A stretch of DNA of 64,000 nucleotides. Origin: Fimicolochytrium jonesii (lineage: Eukaryota). A model generated the notes under the pieces. It saw only the letters and a program-made list of their open reading frames with translations, was not told where the DNA came from and did no database searches. A program made the translations under genes and the position numbers. Location of the stretch: assembly GCF_025526975.1 (NCBI RefSeq), contig NW_026515668.1, positions 1,116,001-1,180,000 of the forward strand, given 5' to 3'. This document shows, piece by piece, positions 38,157 through 50,358 of this stretch (position 1 is the first letter of the stretch; each line of letters starts with the position of its first letter).

Positions 38157-40682
38157 CTACGGAGAACCCTTACACCGATTCCCGTTGACGTGACGATGGA
38201 GCGCATCCAGTCGAGTGACTAAAAGGAATGAAGGTTCAGTATCAGACAGGGACCCGGCCGAGAGTAAGAAACTACACTTACACGTAGTATGACACACGTC
38301 GCAGGCGAACGGCGTAAAAGTCTCCATGTGGGTAGTCGCATGGCGCTTCAAATCATGCTTGCGCATGAAGCCACGCTGGCACACCTCACACACGAAAGGC
38401 TTTTCCGGCGTCGGGTTGAAGTGCGACTGGTAGTGGTTCTTCAGATTGTAGAGCTTCTTGAAGAGCTTCCCGCAAGTGCACTTGAAACAGGCCGGGCTGC
38501 ACTTCTTATCGACATCGTCACCACCGGTCTTTCGAGCACACTTGTAACAATCATCGCAATCCATTGACAGCGGCGGACTGGAAACGGGAGAAGGCGAGGG
38601 CGAGAACTTGGTACGTTGGTTTGGCACGTCGACGTCTGATGAGACCCTTCCAGAGGAATCTGATGAGGTTCTCGTCGACGATGCGTATGAGGTCGTCGGA
38701 TTTGGTGTCTTTTTCCGGTTCGCCTTCTGCCTCCCTTTTCCAATAACTTTTCCTATGGCAATGTCCGTTTCGTTCGTCATGTGGTACATCGGACCCGTCG
38801 GGCCGGGGTCGCCATGCCGAATCCATCTTTCGTTCGTATCGCAGCTCCTTGCCGACTCATTGGAGCGGCGACCCAGTCGCGCTCGGGAACGATCGCGTTC
38901 AGAATGGATGCTGTCATGGTAGTCTCCATCGGAGAATACCGTGGATCCACCAGATGCGATGGATTCGCCAAATGACGACACGGTACCTAGAGAGCACATG
39001 CTCGGCTTCTTCTTCGGACAAGACGCAGGAGCTTGACTACGCGACCGGCTACGGGTGCGACTCCTGCTACGACTGCGGCTCCTGCTCCTACTGCGAAGAG
39101 ATGCATCTGAGCAAAATGTTGCACCGGTGGTAGTCGGAGGGGCGAAAACGAGTTCCCCGAACGCAGAGGGGGCGGAAACCGTGGTAATGACATCGGCAGA
39201 TGTAACATCGGCCTCGTCGGTTTGCAAGTCCGGTGATGGGGACGTCGGAAGAGGTGTGGGGAAACAGATTTCGGGACCGACTCCGTAAGACACCGAATCG
39301 CGAGGAACTGTCCTACCGTGCGCGTCAGAGAGCATACCAGCGGGTAGTAAGACGGTCGGTGCAATGAACCCGGACGCGATTGCTGCTGTGAGAGCAGCGT
39401 CCATTTGTGACAAATCATCCACAAGGTACTGTTGCGAGTGAGTGCCGGCGTCCTCAAACTTGGACATGGAGTCATTCAAATGGCCACTAACCAAGTCTTC
39501 CCCGTCGTCATGCGCCAAGGGTGTCACTAGGGGGTCCGGTAGCCTGTTGACTTCGTGCGAAAGGGAGTCCGTTCCATAGAGTTGCACAGGTTGAAGGTGT
39601 CCGTGCGCATGAGAGGACATGTTGAGTTGACTATCATCCGAATAGGAGAGTTGGGCACTGCTAACGTGTTGCAGTGTAGACGCTCCTGAAATGAAGTGCC
39701 CGTCCTGCTTCAAAGGTGCGATGTTGGCGGTTGTATATGCTTGTTGCAGAGGCGGTTCGAGTTCGAGAAGAGGAGCTGGCCATTCCAATCCTGCGTGCGA
39801 GTCAGAACGGTTCAGATCCATCCCACGCCGTGCGGCTCGAGACATGCTACTGTTTCTTGTGATCTGGTACGACGCAGGCAGCTGCACAGTGTCGGCCGGC
39901 GGGGCAGGGATGTCGAAAATCTCATACATGGATTGCATTGTGGAGGCGCCTGCGCCGGGAATGCCGAGATTGTCCAGCATGACGATTGAATCTCGAGCGT
40001 TGTATCCGACAGTGGCACTCCCAAACTGCGATTCGAAATTGATGCGGTTCAAGAATGCCGCTTCTCCGGCAGCGTTCAGTGCGGCATCCTCAAAATCGAT
40101 AACCGTATCCAACGTCGCCATATCGAGAAGGCACTGCGAGGTAGCTCCTCGTGATAGATGTTCCTCAAAATTATCCAGGTAATTGCTTCCGATACCCTCA
40201 CCAACAGCCTGATCGTCGGTTGCATTGCATCCATCTTCTTCGTTAGGTCCAATTTCACGAGAAATCAGGTTATGTTCACGTGCTTGAAGTGAGTCGGACG
40301 ATGTAACGTCAATGGCAAGAGCCAGCTCTGCCAAAACGTCCGGGGGCGATGTCGGAGGGGATGGAGGCCCGAGAGTACTGATTTGAATCTCCGTGGTTGG
40401 AGCCGCAATGTTCTGCGACTTAGAGTAGTGCAAAGCTGGGCCGGCCAGCGTCACTTTTTCTGAAGAAGGTTCCGGTGAAGTCGGGGGAACTACGGAGGGA
40501 GATATCTTCGCCGCTGAGCGAGCCCCGCGACCAGCGCGAAACCAAGGCAGGTTGATTGCTTTTCCCAAGCCTCGACTTGGGATTGATAGTGGGCTTCGGC
40601 CGGTCCGGGTGGAATCCGACGTTTTCGAAGCGATGGTGCTGCCAGCAGCATCTGAAGTTGTCGTAGTTACGTGAACCGTCAT
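38157..40682 (-). CDS. C2H2 zinc-finger transcription factor with C-terminal fingers; one intron at about 38219-38281
   Basis: FKCTCGKLFKKLYNLKNHYQSH, PEKPFVCEVCQRGFMRKHDLKRHATTH and FACDVCHTT|FTRLDALHRH. Confidence 0.9.
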   Translation of the reverse strand: MTVHVTTTTSDAAGSTIASKTSDSTRTGRSPLSIPSRGLGKAINLPWFRAGRGARSAAKISPSVVPPTSPEPSSEKVTLAGPALHYSKSQNIAAPTTEIQISTLGPPSPPTSPPDVLAELALAIDVTSSDSLQAREHNLISREIGPNEEDGCNATDDQAVGEGIGSNYLDNFEEHLSRGATSQCLLDMATLDTVIDFEDAALNAAGEAAFLNRINFESQFGSATVGYNARDSIVMLDNLGIPGAGASTMQSMYEIFDIPAPPADTVQLPASYQITRNSSMSRAARRGMDLNRSDSHAGLEWPAPLLELEPPLQQAYTTANIAPLKQDGHFISGASTLQHVSSAQLSYSDDSQLNMSSHAHGHLQPVQLYGTDSLSHEVNRLPDPLVTPLAHDDGEDLVSGHLNDSMSKFEDAGTHSQQYLVDDLSQMDAALTAAIASGFIAPTVLLPAGMLSDAHGRTVPRDSVSYGVGPEICFPTPLPTSPSPDLQTDEADVTSADVITTVSAPSAFGELVFAPPTTTGATFCSDASLRSRSRSRSRSRSRTRSRSRSQAPASCPKKKPSMCSLGTVSSFGESIASGGSTVFSDGDYHDSIHSERDRSRARLGRRSNESARSCDTNERWIRHGDPGPTGPMYHMTNETDIAIGKVIGKGRQKANRKKTPNPTTSYASSTRTSSDSSGRVSSDVDVPNQRTKFSPSPSPVSSPPLSMDCDDCYKCARKTGGDDVDKKCSPACFKCTCGKLFKKLYNLKNHYQSHFNPTPEKPFVCEVCQRGFMRKHDLKRHATTHMETFTPFACDVCHTTCKCSFLLSAGSLSDTEPSFLLVTRLDALHRHVNGNRCKGSP

Positions 40683-41984
40683 GTTGAGCAGTTGTGCGTT
40701 TCAAAGTGGTTCCTCTCTGCGTCTCGTTCAATGTTCCAGCAGCTACGGAAGGATTCAGCTAATATATGAAGCGAGCCCTATGCCTTGATGAAGAGGGTTT
40801 TAATTGTCGTGACGTTCGTGCCCCCTAACTGGCGTCTGTGACGTAACACCGGATGGAACAGAAACGCAACACCCAGCCTTGGCTCAAGATGGGTGCGGAG
40901 CGGACAAGCAGGGAAGTGAGGGCCCAAGGCGCTCTTACCTTTGAGACAGATCAGGGCACGTACTCGGCTTGCCAATAGCAGCACGCGAAAGTATTTGACA
41001 GGCAGCGAGCGCCCTTGGGAAGAGATGAATGGTGGAGCGACAAGCGTGTATGTCTCGACTTGGGGAGTAGCGGAATGGAGGAACAGCTCTATGTATGTAT
41101 GTATGTTCGTAGTTTGCTGTGCGTACCTGGGGGGATCTTGCTTCTGTTGGTTGTGTGTGCGTGGGAAAAGGGGACGACGCAAAGGGGAAGAGAAGCAAAC
41201 GGCCTATTATGTTGGATCGCGCGTTCCCACCTGCTGTGACCAAGAACTGATCACATCGACATCGACGCCCTTCCTTTGCCTGCCTGCCTGCCGTCGGGGC
41301 CTCGAGTCAATTTGTCTCTCTCTCATCCTTCCATGTCTCCTTCGCTGCCCTCAACCTTGCTGCCGCACTCCCGCAGCACATATCACTCATGCCCGCGCGC
41401 CATCCGGAAAATCATGTCCCGGTCTCGGGGAAATGCGATTTTTCTCGCAAAGCTTTCCCTCGCCAATTACCATATTTTATTGACCCTCAATTTCAATGGT
41501 CCCTCATCATAGGGTCATACCTCCAGCCCAGCTTGAAATTGAGCGAAAGAACGAGGCAGCGGCAGTGCTGGTGTGCATGGGCGATCGTGGGTGAGTGGTG
41601 GTTGTTGTGCGTGAGTGGTGCGCGTCTCTCTGATGTCTCCCCACGCCCCCCTCACGTCCGAACGTGTCCGAGAGCCGCTCACGTGACCCCGGATGAGTTG
41701 ATTCCCTCCTTCTTGGGCCGGTTACGTATGTAGGTAGAAAGGAGAGCGCATATATACATACATAGCACGACAAGGGTGTAAAATGCATATTACAGCAGCG
41801 TGGAAACCGTCGGCAACGAAAGGAACGCGGGCCAAAAACGATCTTGAGCCTTGTGCCATTCTAGGTCCATTTTGAGCCCGTTGTCGAGTCGCTCCAACCT
41901 CCATAGCTCGAGAAGGATCACGGCCTGGATTTTGGAGTTCCCACAATACGCCGTATCACCTAAGCCTACAGACAGCCTTGTCAT

Positions 41985-44928
41985 ATGGAGGACTCGCTGA
42001 AAAAAAGCCGAGTCATCCTGCACGTAGACCTGGTGAGCCGGAGTATGTTCGTTGCCGCGCTTCTTGCCCAGATTACAAATCTCACTCGCGGCTTGTGCCG
42101 TACTTGCTGATGTTGGCGGTATTCACCAGGACGCTTTCTATTGCCAGGTGAGTTGATACAGCAGGGCACGTCAGAGCACACTCTCCTATAGTGGTGCTTC
42201 CAATGTAACTTCAGTTCCTGGGCAGGTCGAACACGTTAGACTGGGGATTCCGATAGATACCCCGCTAGGAGTTCAACAATGGAATGGACTGATCGCAGTC
42301 AACTACGCTGCGCGTGCGAAAGGGATCAAAAGGTTGGACTTTGGCACCCATAAGGGTACCCGCCGACTGTTGCTCACTCTGTTACCATCGAAGGCACACA
42401 ACACCGCAGGAAGCGAGAGAGAAGGCGCCAGATATCGTGTTCGTTCATGGTGAGTAGAGGGGGGCACCCGGGTTACTGCCGTACTTTTGCTTACAGATGG
42501 CCCTACATGATTTTCCGCCACAGTGGCGACATTCGCAAACGGCGATACCACTTATCAATACCATACAGAGAACATTACATATCAAACACATAAGGTGCGC
42601 GTTCGGCAGCTTCCGAGCCAAGGGCTTGACCGATACAAACTCACCGCTTAATTTGTTAGGTCTCATTAGACCCATACAGGTAAAGCAGCGTGTTTTACTG
42701 TCCCACTGGCTCTCTCATTGACTTCCGTTGGCTTCTTCAGAAATGCAAGCCAAAAGATCATGAGCATCTTCGAGCGCTTTTGCCCGACGTATCAGCGCGC
42801 ATCTATCGGTAGGGCTCGGTAAATCGTGGCTATCACCATTTCGACCTTGCTAATGGTTGGTATCTTCACAGATGAAGCATATCTGGACATCACAGATTTG
42901 GTCAACATCCGCATCAAAGCGCAAATGCACAATTGGTCTGATGCGGAAGGTGTGAACGGCGATGTTGAAGAGGGTGACGGACCGGTCGTGTCCTGGCTCG
43001 GAGCCGGCGTACTGGTCGGAGAACAGGTCGCCGAGTCGCGTGGTTGGCTGTGGGTAACATCCGGCAGTTTTGCAATAGCAACTCCGTATCAAGCTAACGC
43101 TCTCACCGTCTCTGAAGCGATCTGCAGCTTCGCATCGCAGCAGATGTCAGTCAGGAGATCCGAAAGACGGTCTACGACGAGCTTCAGTACACATGCAGCA
43201 CCGGAATCGCACATAACAAGACATTAGCGAAAATATGCTCCGGACTCAACAAACCGAACAAGCAGGTACATTGGAAGTGACAATGCTGGGAGTTTGAGAT
43301 AGGAGGCTGAACGATGGTCTAATGAGATGTCCTTCATTAGACCATTTTGCGACAAGCAGAAGTGCTGAAGTTCATGGAGTCATGTCCCATGTCAAAAATT
43401 CGGAACCTTGGTGGCAAGCTGGGCGACGAAATAGGGCAGGAACTACACGCAGAGAAAGCCGGGGATATATGGTATTATCGTGTACTGCTATTCCTCCTTC
43501 ACATTCTTGCACACCTGCGCTAACAGGTCTGGCGGACAGGAAATACTCCCTGGAAGTGCTTAGAGAGAAGTTTGGTCCGCAAACGGGAACATGGGTGTAC
43601 AATATTAGTCGTGGTATATGCCACGAGGAAGGTATGTGTGGCATACCGCTGTTGTCAAAGGTCATTGTCCCCGATCGACTGATGTTTTTTTTTCAGTGAC
43701 GGAAACATCCATCCCCAAGTCAATGCTGTCATGTAAATCACTACGGCCAGGCGCCACCAACGGGGCTGCATTGGAGCATTGGATCGGCATCCTCAGCAAC
43801 GAGCTGTACACCCGCCTGCAAAACGACCACGCCCAATACGCCCGATGGCCACGTAGCCTAGTCCTGCACATCAACCACGGCGGCCGTACGGGAGGTACCG
43901 AGCGTAGCAAGCGTGGAGACTTTCCCGCCTATCATCTCGTTGTCAATCCCGACATCATCAAGGAGAAATGTCTGTCACTGCTTAGAATGTCTCCAGGAAG
44001 CAGCGGGGCCGGATTGGTTGTGCAATGGCCGTGCGACAGGATCGCGATCGGAGTGAGCGGATTTGTTGAGGAGGAAAAAAATTCTCGACGGCTGGATCAA
44101 TTCTTTACGAAGATTGCGGGGCCGGCGCCTGTTTCTACGGAACCTGACGCTAACGATGTGTCGATATCACGTGGAGATACGGATAAGGGAGACGTACATG
44201 CATCTCGTCGAGGACGGCTGGATCCGTCTGCGAGTAACAGACCCTTGGATCGATTCTTCTCTAATAGAACATCAAAACCGGATGACGGTGCTGGCGGTGC
44301 AACGGCGAGCTCCAGCAGTGCTATCGGTGGGTTAAGTAACCCAACACAGCCTTCTCTTGGGCACGACAAAGTTTCTGAGCAACCCGATTCAGCAAGGAAA
44401 GGCCGCGGAACGTTGACTTCCTTCTTCCGACCCTCGTCAGAAAATCCTCATTTGCAACCTCTTCAGCCCTCCCATTCTCCATCATCCGCGAATCTGGAGC
44501 CTCCGACCACAGGGTCGTTAGCAAGCATGGAGGTGGACAGTGTGCTCAAAATGGACAGCGAGGCCGAGCTTGGGACAGGGGTAGCGGACTCGGGGGGTTT
44601 AGATCCTGCGCCTCGTTCCGATGAAGACGCCGAGTTCCGTTGCCCAAAATGCAGCGAGGTGCTAGATAAACGTGATACTGACGGCGTACAATGCCACATG
44701 GATTTTCACGTCGCTATGGAGCTTCAAGATTCCTTCAGGCCCACGGCACCCGCGAATCCTCAAAACGGAGGCGATTCAACAGGGAGTGGTAATCCAAGAA
44801 AGAGAAAGGCGAATACTTCATTATCGAATCCACGGCGAGGAGGGTCGAGTGGGAGTGGCGAAGCGGGTAGGAGCAGGACAGGGTCGGTGGCGGCGTTCTT
44901 TCAGCAGCATAATCGGCGTGCTGAATGA
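41985..44928 (+). CDS. RAD30: Y-family DNA polymerase eta; many short exons
   Basis: Spliced MEDSLKKSRVILHVDL|DAFYCQ|VEHVRLG...QQWNGLIAVNYAARAKGIKR, then THK|VSLDPYR and RASI|DEAYLDIT. The C-terminus has a UBZ finger (CPKC...HMDFHVAMELQ), an RKRK NLS and a GSVAAFF PIP-like motif. Confidence 0.93.
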
Positions 44929-45309
44929 GGTCTGGAGGTAAATGCCGGTGATGTGCTCGTCTCCGTGCGGAAGATGGCACGTGGAGATCGAATTTTTGAG
45001 TTCAAAACGAGTGTCGTTGGACACTGCAATACACTTCGCTATATCTCCTTCTTTGCAGAAGCGAGAAAACCGCGTGAAGCAGGCTAGAAAGGCAGAGGCC
45101 AGAGCAATCGTTGTTAAACTTGCGATGTGACAGAATAAAATAGAAAACACGCATATACGTAAATACAAGTGAGCTGATATGGAACGGGAAGTGAAGTGGA
45201 TGCACATCCCGGCAAGTGAGTGCTAATATGCAAAAGGTGAAGGCTACGCCTACCATAATATACGCCGCTACCTATATATTAGGACCATTCCCGACCTTGA
45301 TTGATGTAC

Positions 45310-48261
45310 CTAGCGACCAGCTCGCTGACCAAGAGGTCGTCCTCTGCCGCCGCGTGTACCTCTGTCGCCGCCATATCCGCCTTGTCGTGCCCCATCGCGA
45401 CGTTCACCGCCTCGGAACCCACCGCCAATCTGGCCCGCGTGCCCACCACGTTGTTGATCGCGCGGCCCACGGTGGTCACCCCGTTGCTGCGGCTGTTTGT
45501 CGTGCTGCGCTTGCTGCAGGCCCAAGTTGATGGCTCTAGCTTCGAGTAACCGTTCGTTGCTCTCGACGAGAGTTGCCACCTTGTCCGCGTACACCTCAGC
45601 CAGGTGCTCCAGGTGCGTAGTATCACCGCCACTCTCTGCAGCACGGTGGAAGACGACCGTGCCAGTGCCCTGGTCGATAGAAGCTTGAATCTCCTCGTTG
45701 ATGATCATACGCGATACGATACCGCGAACGCCAGCGGGGGTGAGGTCGAACATGGACGCGAGTTGCTCAATCCCCAGAGATTCATAGTGTCGAGAGTAGG
45801 AGAAGAAGTATGTTCGCAGACCTTCCTCCTTGATTTTCTCGCTCAACATGCTCATGATGCTGTCCTTGTTAGGCATAAGATCCCAGATCTTGACCTCCTT
45901 GATCAGCTCTTCGCACTTGCGCCACTCTCCTGCTGCAAGAGCTTTGGCAGCACCCATCACGTGATCTCTGGTGTTTTCCGGAGGACCTATAGATAGCGAA
46001 TCAGTACAGATGGAGAACGAGCGTACTCCTGAAAACAACACCTACCAGAGAAGACTTGGCGTTCGTTGTAGTCAAGCATTCTTCGGAAAGGCTTGCTGAT
46101 CACTCGCCGGCGAGGCTCATGCGCATTCGCTGCCAAGTTGGGGATCTCGAGCAACATCGACGATGTCAGGTACACGCATTCCAGGAGTTCAAGGTTGATA
46201 TGCATGTGGAAGGGTAGCTGACGAGCCTTCTCCAAACGTTCCTGCTCAGCAGTTTTGTCGGAGAAGCGCTGCATTTGGACGCCTTGCGCGAGAAGCTCCT
46301 TCACTCTGCCGGAAGCCGAGATTTCCTGGAGAGTGTACGATGCGTCTCTGATCAGACCAGCGCGGAATGCACAGAGCCCAAGCTGAACCATAGTCCTGTT
46401 GAACAGGATCTGAGCCGAAATCTCCATTTGCGCAATGTGATCCTGGATGTGAGACATCAACATCATGTCTCGCGCTGCCATGAACTTGTCGTGCAGCGCA
46501 AGGTGGTACACGTGACAAAGCAGAGCTCGAGTTCGGACGCGATCCACATCCGTCTTGTAGAGTTCAGTGCAGAGACGCTCCACCAATGTGACAGGCTCGT
46601 CAAGGTCCTCATTGAGAGATGGACACAAAACGCGAACTTGCTTCTCGACGGCACGAATAACTACATCGGGCTTGTAGTAGACGTGTTCCACTCGGCGCAT
46701 TTTCATCAGGTCCGACGCCATGGCGAACCCTGCTCCCTCGAGGTATTTCTGGCCTCGGACAATAAGAGCGTACAGCACGGTTTCGTCTCTCAACCTATTC
46801 ACATAGTCGAGAGTGTGAGGATCCATGTGCTGCAGTGATTTGCCGAACTCGTCGTCAATCCGGTCGATCAAGGATGATACGCTTCCTCGGATGATGACGT
46901 TATCGGCGTTTTTGAACTTTTCCTCCGCAATCACTTCCGAATCTTCTTCGTCTACCACCTCCAAGATTCGCACATTGTCATGTTCCTCCAACAGGCTGAA
47001 GAAGGTATTCAACTCTGTTGCAGCGAGCTTCCACATCTCGGCGGTCATATGTCCAGTCGTGGAGGACACGGAATCGAAACGGGCAGGAATCAGAGCGAGT
47101 AGAACCTTGATCTTCTGGTACGGGGTCTCTGCGACCTCCAACACTCGTTGCAGGTTATCCAACTGAACTTGACGATCCGTTCCCTAAACAGTCGGAAAGT
47201 GACAAGTCAGTAAGCCACTCCTTTGGCAGTAAAGGTTCCATCGCCACTGGTACCGACCTTCTTTCCGCGAAGATTTATGAGCTCTTGTAATTTCTTGAAG
47301 AGGTTTTCGGGTTTCACTTCGAAAACCTTGCCACCCTTCCCGACCACCTGAAAGTCATCACCGGCCTCGACTGGGCCAACTCCCTTGGGCTTACGCTTCC
47401 GATCTTTCGACTTTGTCCGTTCGGTGTCGCTTTGTTCTGTTCCGTCCTCGGCTACTTTCACCCACTTCTCCCGTCCAGTGAGCCCTTCATCGTCAGAATC
47501 TGATTCGCTAACCGGTCGCTCTGCGGCAGCCCTCTTAGCCGCCGCAGCTTCAGCTTCATCAGCAGAGGCGTCTTCATCGATGGGATTCTAGAAATCGCAA
47601 GAAATTGTATGAGGACGGAATATTTCAACTTCTGAATCTTAATCGAACCACTCACTGTCTGAAACTTTGCAATGTCCGACTCAAATTGTTTGTTGTGCTT
47701 CCTCAACCTTTGCTTCATAGCGTTCAAGCCACGAGACGAGGAGGCGTTCATCTTCTTCACGGCAACCTTGTTCGTCAACACAGATTTCATGAAATCCTCC
47801 AGCTCCACAATGGCCCGGATGTAAAATCGAGGAACGCCCTCGCGTTGGATGATAGCATTCGATTTGGCGTAAGCTTTGTTGAGCTTCTCGAATTCATTCT
47901 GGATAGCAACCCAATCGTTGATCTTCTGTGCATTCTTCAACGATTTGACGGTGCCCCGCATTTCATCAAACCGCTTATCCCTCGCAGACTTCACCACGCG
48001 CTTGGTATCATCGTCAGAATCCTCATCAGAATCTGAGCCTGCGAATCCTCTCATGAACTTGCTAGCACCAGTGGCAGGCTTTCCGGCCGCGCCACGGTCG
48101 GCGTCGGAATCAGAGTCCGAGTGGGAAGCATCGCTACCATCCTCGGAACCAGAGTCTGTGGTGGCATCGCTGTCGTGGGCTTTGCGATTCTCCTCGTCGG
48201 ACGAGGAGTAGTCGGAGTCCGATTCCGAGCTGGAATCGCCTCCACGAAAGAAACGAGACAT
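45310..48261 (-). CDS. NIP1: Eukaryotic translation initiation factor 3 subunit C; multi-exon
   Basis: MSRFFRGGDSSSES..., RVVKSARDKRFDEM, KINDWVAI, LPFHMHINLELLECVYLTSSMLLEIP, GPPENTRDHVM, a PCI domain and an RGG-rich tail. Confidence 0.96.
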
Positions 48262-48686
48262 GATTGAACGCGCGGGAGGTTCTTGTTAGAATCCCGCGGC
48301 AATGAGTTGACGAGGATTCTACAAGCGGCAGGCGGGCGGGCGGTGCTGTGAGCGGGAGCGAGTCGTGCAGCAGCAAAGTCGCGGTGAAAGTCCGCCAAGA
48401 TAATCTCCGTTAGAGGGTTCCTGCGTTCAAGTGATGTCGGCAAATGTACCAACACCGTTACTGACGGACGGCGAGGGAGTAAGTGTGGCGTTCAGTGTGG
48501 CGTCCACGTGGCGCGCGACCAGACGGACAGCATCACTGACAGCACAACGAGGGCTCTCAGTATTGCATGCAAGCATTATTTTGGACAAGAAGATACAGAA
48601 GTAGTTTGTACGGGCGACGTTTACAAGAAAAGGCCCCCGCAAAGAGAGGGTGATGGGTGCTTCAAAATATACAACACTCGCACGCT

Positions 48687-49165
48687 TTACTTGGGGTCGG
48701 ACGACATGGGCATACTTCCTCCCATCTTTCCAATTTCGCTGACCCTCTCTGGATCCATTGAAGCAAAACCCTGCCGGCCCTTGTAGGTAATAACATCCGG
48801 GTCATCGGGAGAAATCGTTTGAGACAATGGCTTTTCGTCACTCTCCATCGGGTCCTTGCTCCTGGTGTGCTGGGCGGGCGAAGAGTAACCGATGTCTGTA
48901 CCCGAGGGCGGCGTGAAGTCATCTTGATCGTCACCGCGGAACGTGTCTTCGACGGAGGAGTCAGCCGCAGTCTTGCTCGTGCTGTAGGCGCCTGTACCGT
49001 CGTTGTTGCCAGAGGCACGGCCACCCTTTGCCGCGATTTCACGCTGATGCGACGAGGAAGATGGAATAAATCAGAGACCCCGTCGTAGGAAGGTGACCGC
49101 ACCGAAAAAGAGTAACTCACCACTTCGTCGCGATCCATAGATGCAAAGCCTCGGTTTTCGGTCAT
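48687..49165 (-). CDS. KGG-repeat stress/spore protein (Con-10/GsiB-like); two exons
   Basis: After removing one GT-AG intron: MTENRGFASMDRDEV|REIAAKGGRASG...RQGFASMDPERVSEIGKMGGS...DPK*. Confidence 0.85.
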
Positions 49166-49295
49166 CTTCCTCCTAAATGTGTAGGGTGGAAATGCGTGGG
49201 TTCAAAAGGCTGTCTAGAGTTGATTGAGTTGAAGCGTCGTGTAAGATAATTGAGTTGAGTTGTGTTGAGAGAGGTCCGGCACCCAGAGTGGCCCC

Positions 49296-49361
49296 TTATA
49301 TACCGAGGGAGAAGTGAGGAGCGGGGGGAGGGGCGGCGAGGCAGTTGCGAGTGAGTGACGT
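49296..49361 (-). promoter_or_regulatory. Putative promoter of the first KGG gene: TATATAA, AGGGG (STRE-like) and TGACGT (CRE-like)
   Basis: TATATAA at 49296-49302 (minus), AGGGG at 49329 and TGACGT at 49356-49361. Confidence 0.55.
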
Positions 49362-49794
49362 CTGTTGCGGATGCTCTGGGAGTCTTCTTGATGAAGGCGG
49401 TGGCAGCTGGAATCGTCATGCTGCAAAGGGCTGAACTTTTTTCCGAAGCCGTCATTGAGGCTCGTTTCTCCGCAATGCACTTCGGTTCCCCCGTTTGTGC
49501 TTTGACGTATATATATAGGCCTGAGCGGCCTGCGTCCTAACAACGCGTGACCAGGGGCAGTGTCCTAGCTATGGACAACGGAGAGACGACGTTCATGAAA
49601 GCGGGCTGTTTGTATGCACTTCATTTTCGAGGACAGTAAGTCTCAAGTTTTCTTATTCGGGGAATAGTAAATTCCAAAAAGATATACAATCTTGGGTACA
49701 AAAGGACTCGAAAAAAAAAGATACGCGACGACGAGCTTCACATCCCCGTTTTTACACAGACATCGGGAGAATGACGCATCTAATCACATCGGCT

Positions 49795-50185
49795 TCATTC
49801 GACGATCCCGCGAAGGTTCTCATGTGGCGCGGGCTCAGCCTTGGTCCTGGATGGTCCAGAACTTTTACCGCCTTTCGAGGAAATATCGTGCTGTCGAGGC
49901 GGAAAGTAATGAAGTCAGACGGTGCATTAATTTCAACTACGAACCGGGCGATGAAGCTCCCACCTGCTTCTCGTGGGGATAATTCTCACTGGCAAATCCA
50001 AATTTCGCCCCAGTACCAAAGTCGTTCGGGTGCTCCCCCGTTTGCGCTTCGTCCTGCACCTCTTTGTCGAACGAGGCGATGAGCTCGGGATCCTCCCGCT
50101 CGACAGCGAGCGTGGGCTCGTTTTCGCCGTAGGCGCCTTCACGGTTGTTTCCGCCCCGTTTGACGTGCCCTTGGTTGCCGCTCAT
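49795..50185 (-). CDS. Second small hydrophilic KGG-motif protein; two exons
   Basis: MSGNQGHVKRGG...KFGFASENYPHEKQ|HDISSKGGKSSG...LRGIVE* after removing a GTGGGA...GACAG intron. Confidence 0.75.
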
Positions 50186-50304
50186 GATTTGGCTAGGTAA
50201 GTTCAAGGTAGTGCTGACTGAGTTGCAGATGATAAGTTTTCTTGGTAATGGACGAGTCGTTGATGTTGAAATGAGCACCGGGAAGCAGACACAGCTCGGC
50301 TCTA

Positions 50305-50358
50305 TTATATACCTTCACCCAGCGCTCTCCGCCGCACTCACTTCCCCATCGCACGTCA
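50305..50358 (-). promoter_or_regulatory. Putative promoter of the second KGG gene: TATATAA and TGACGT
   Basis: TATATAA at 50305-50311 (minus) and TGACGT at 50353-50358 (minus). Confidence 0.55.
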
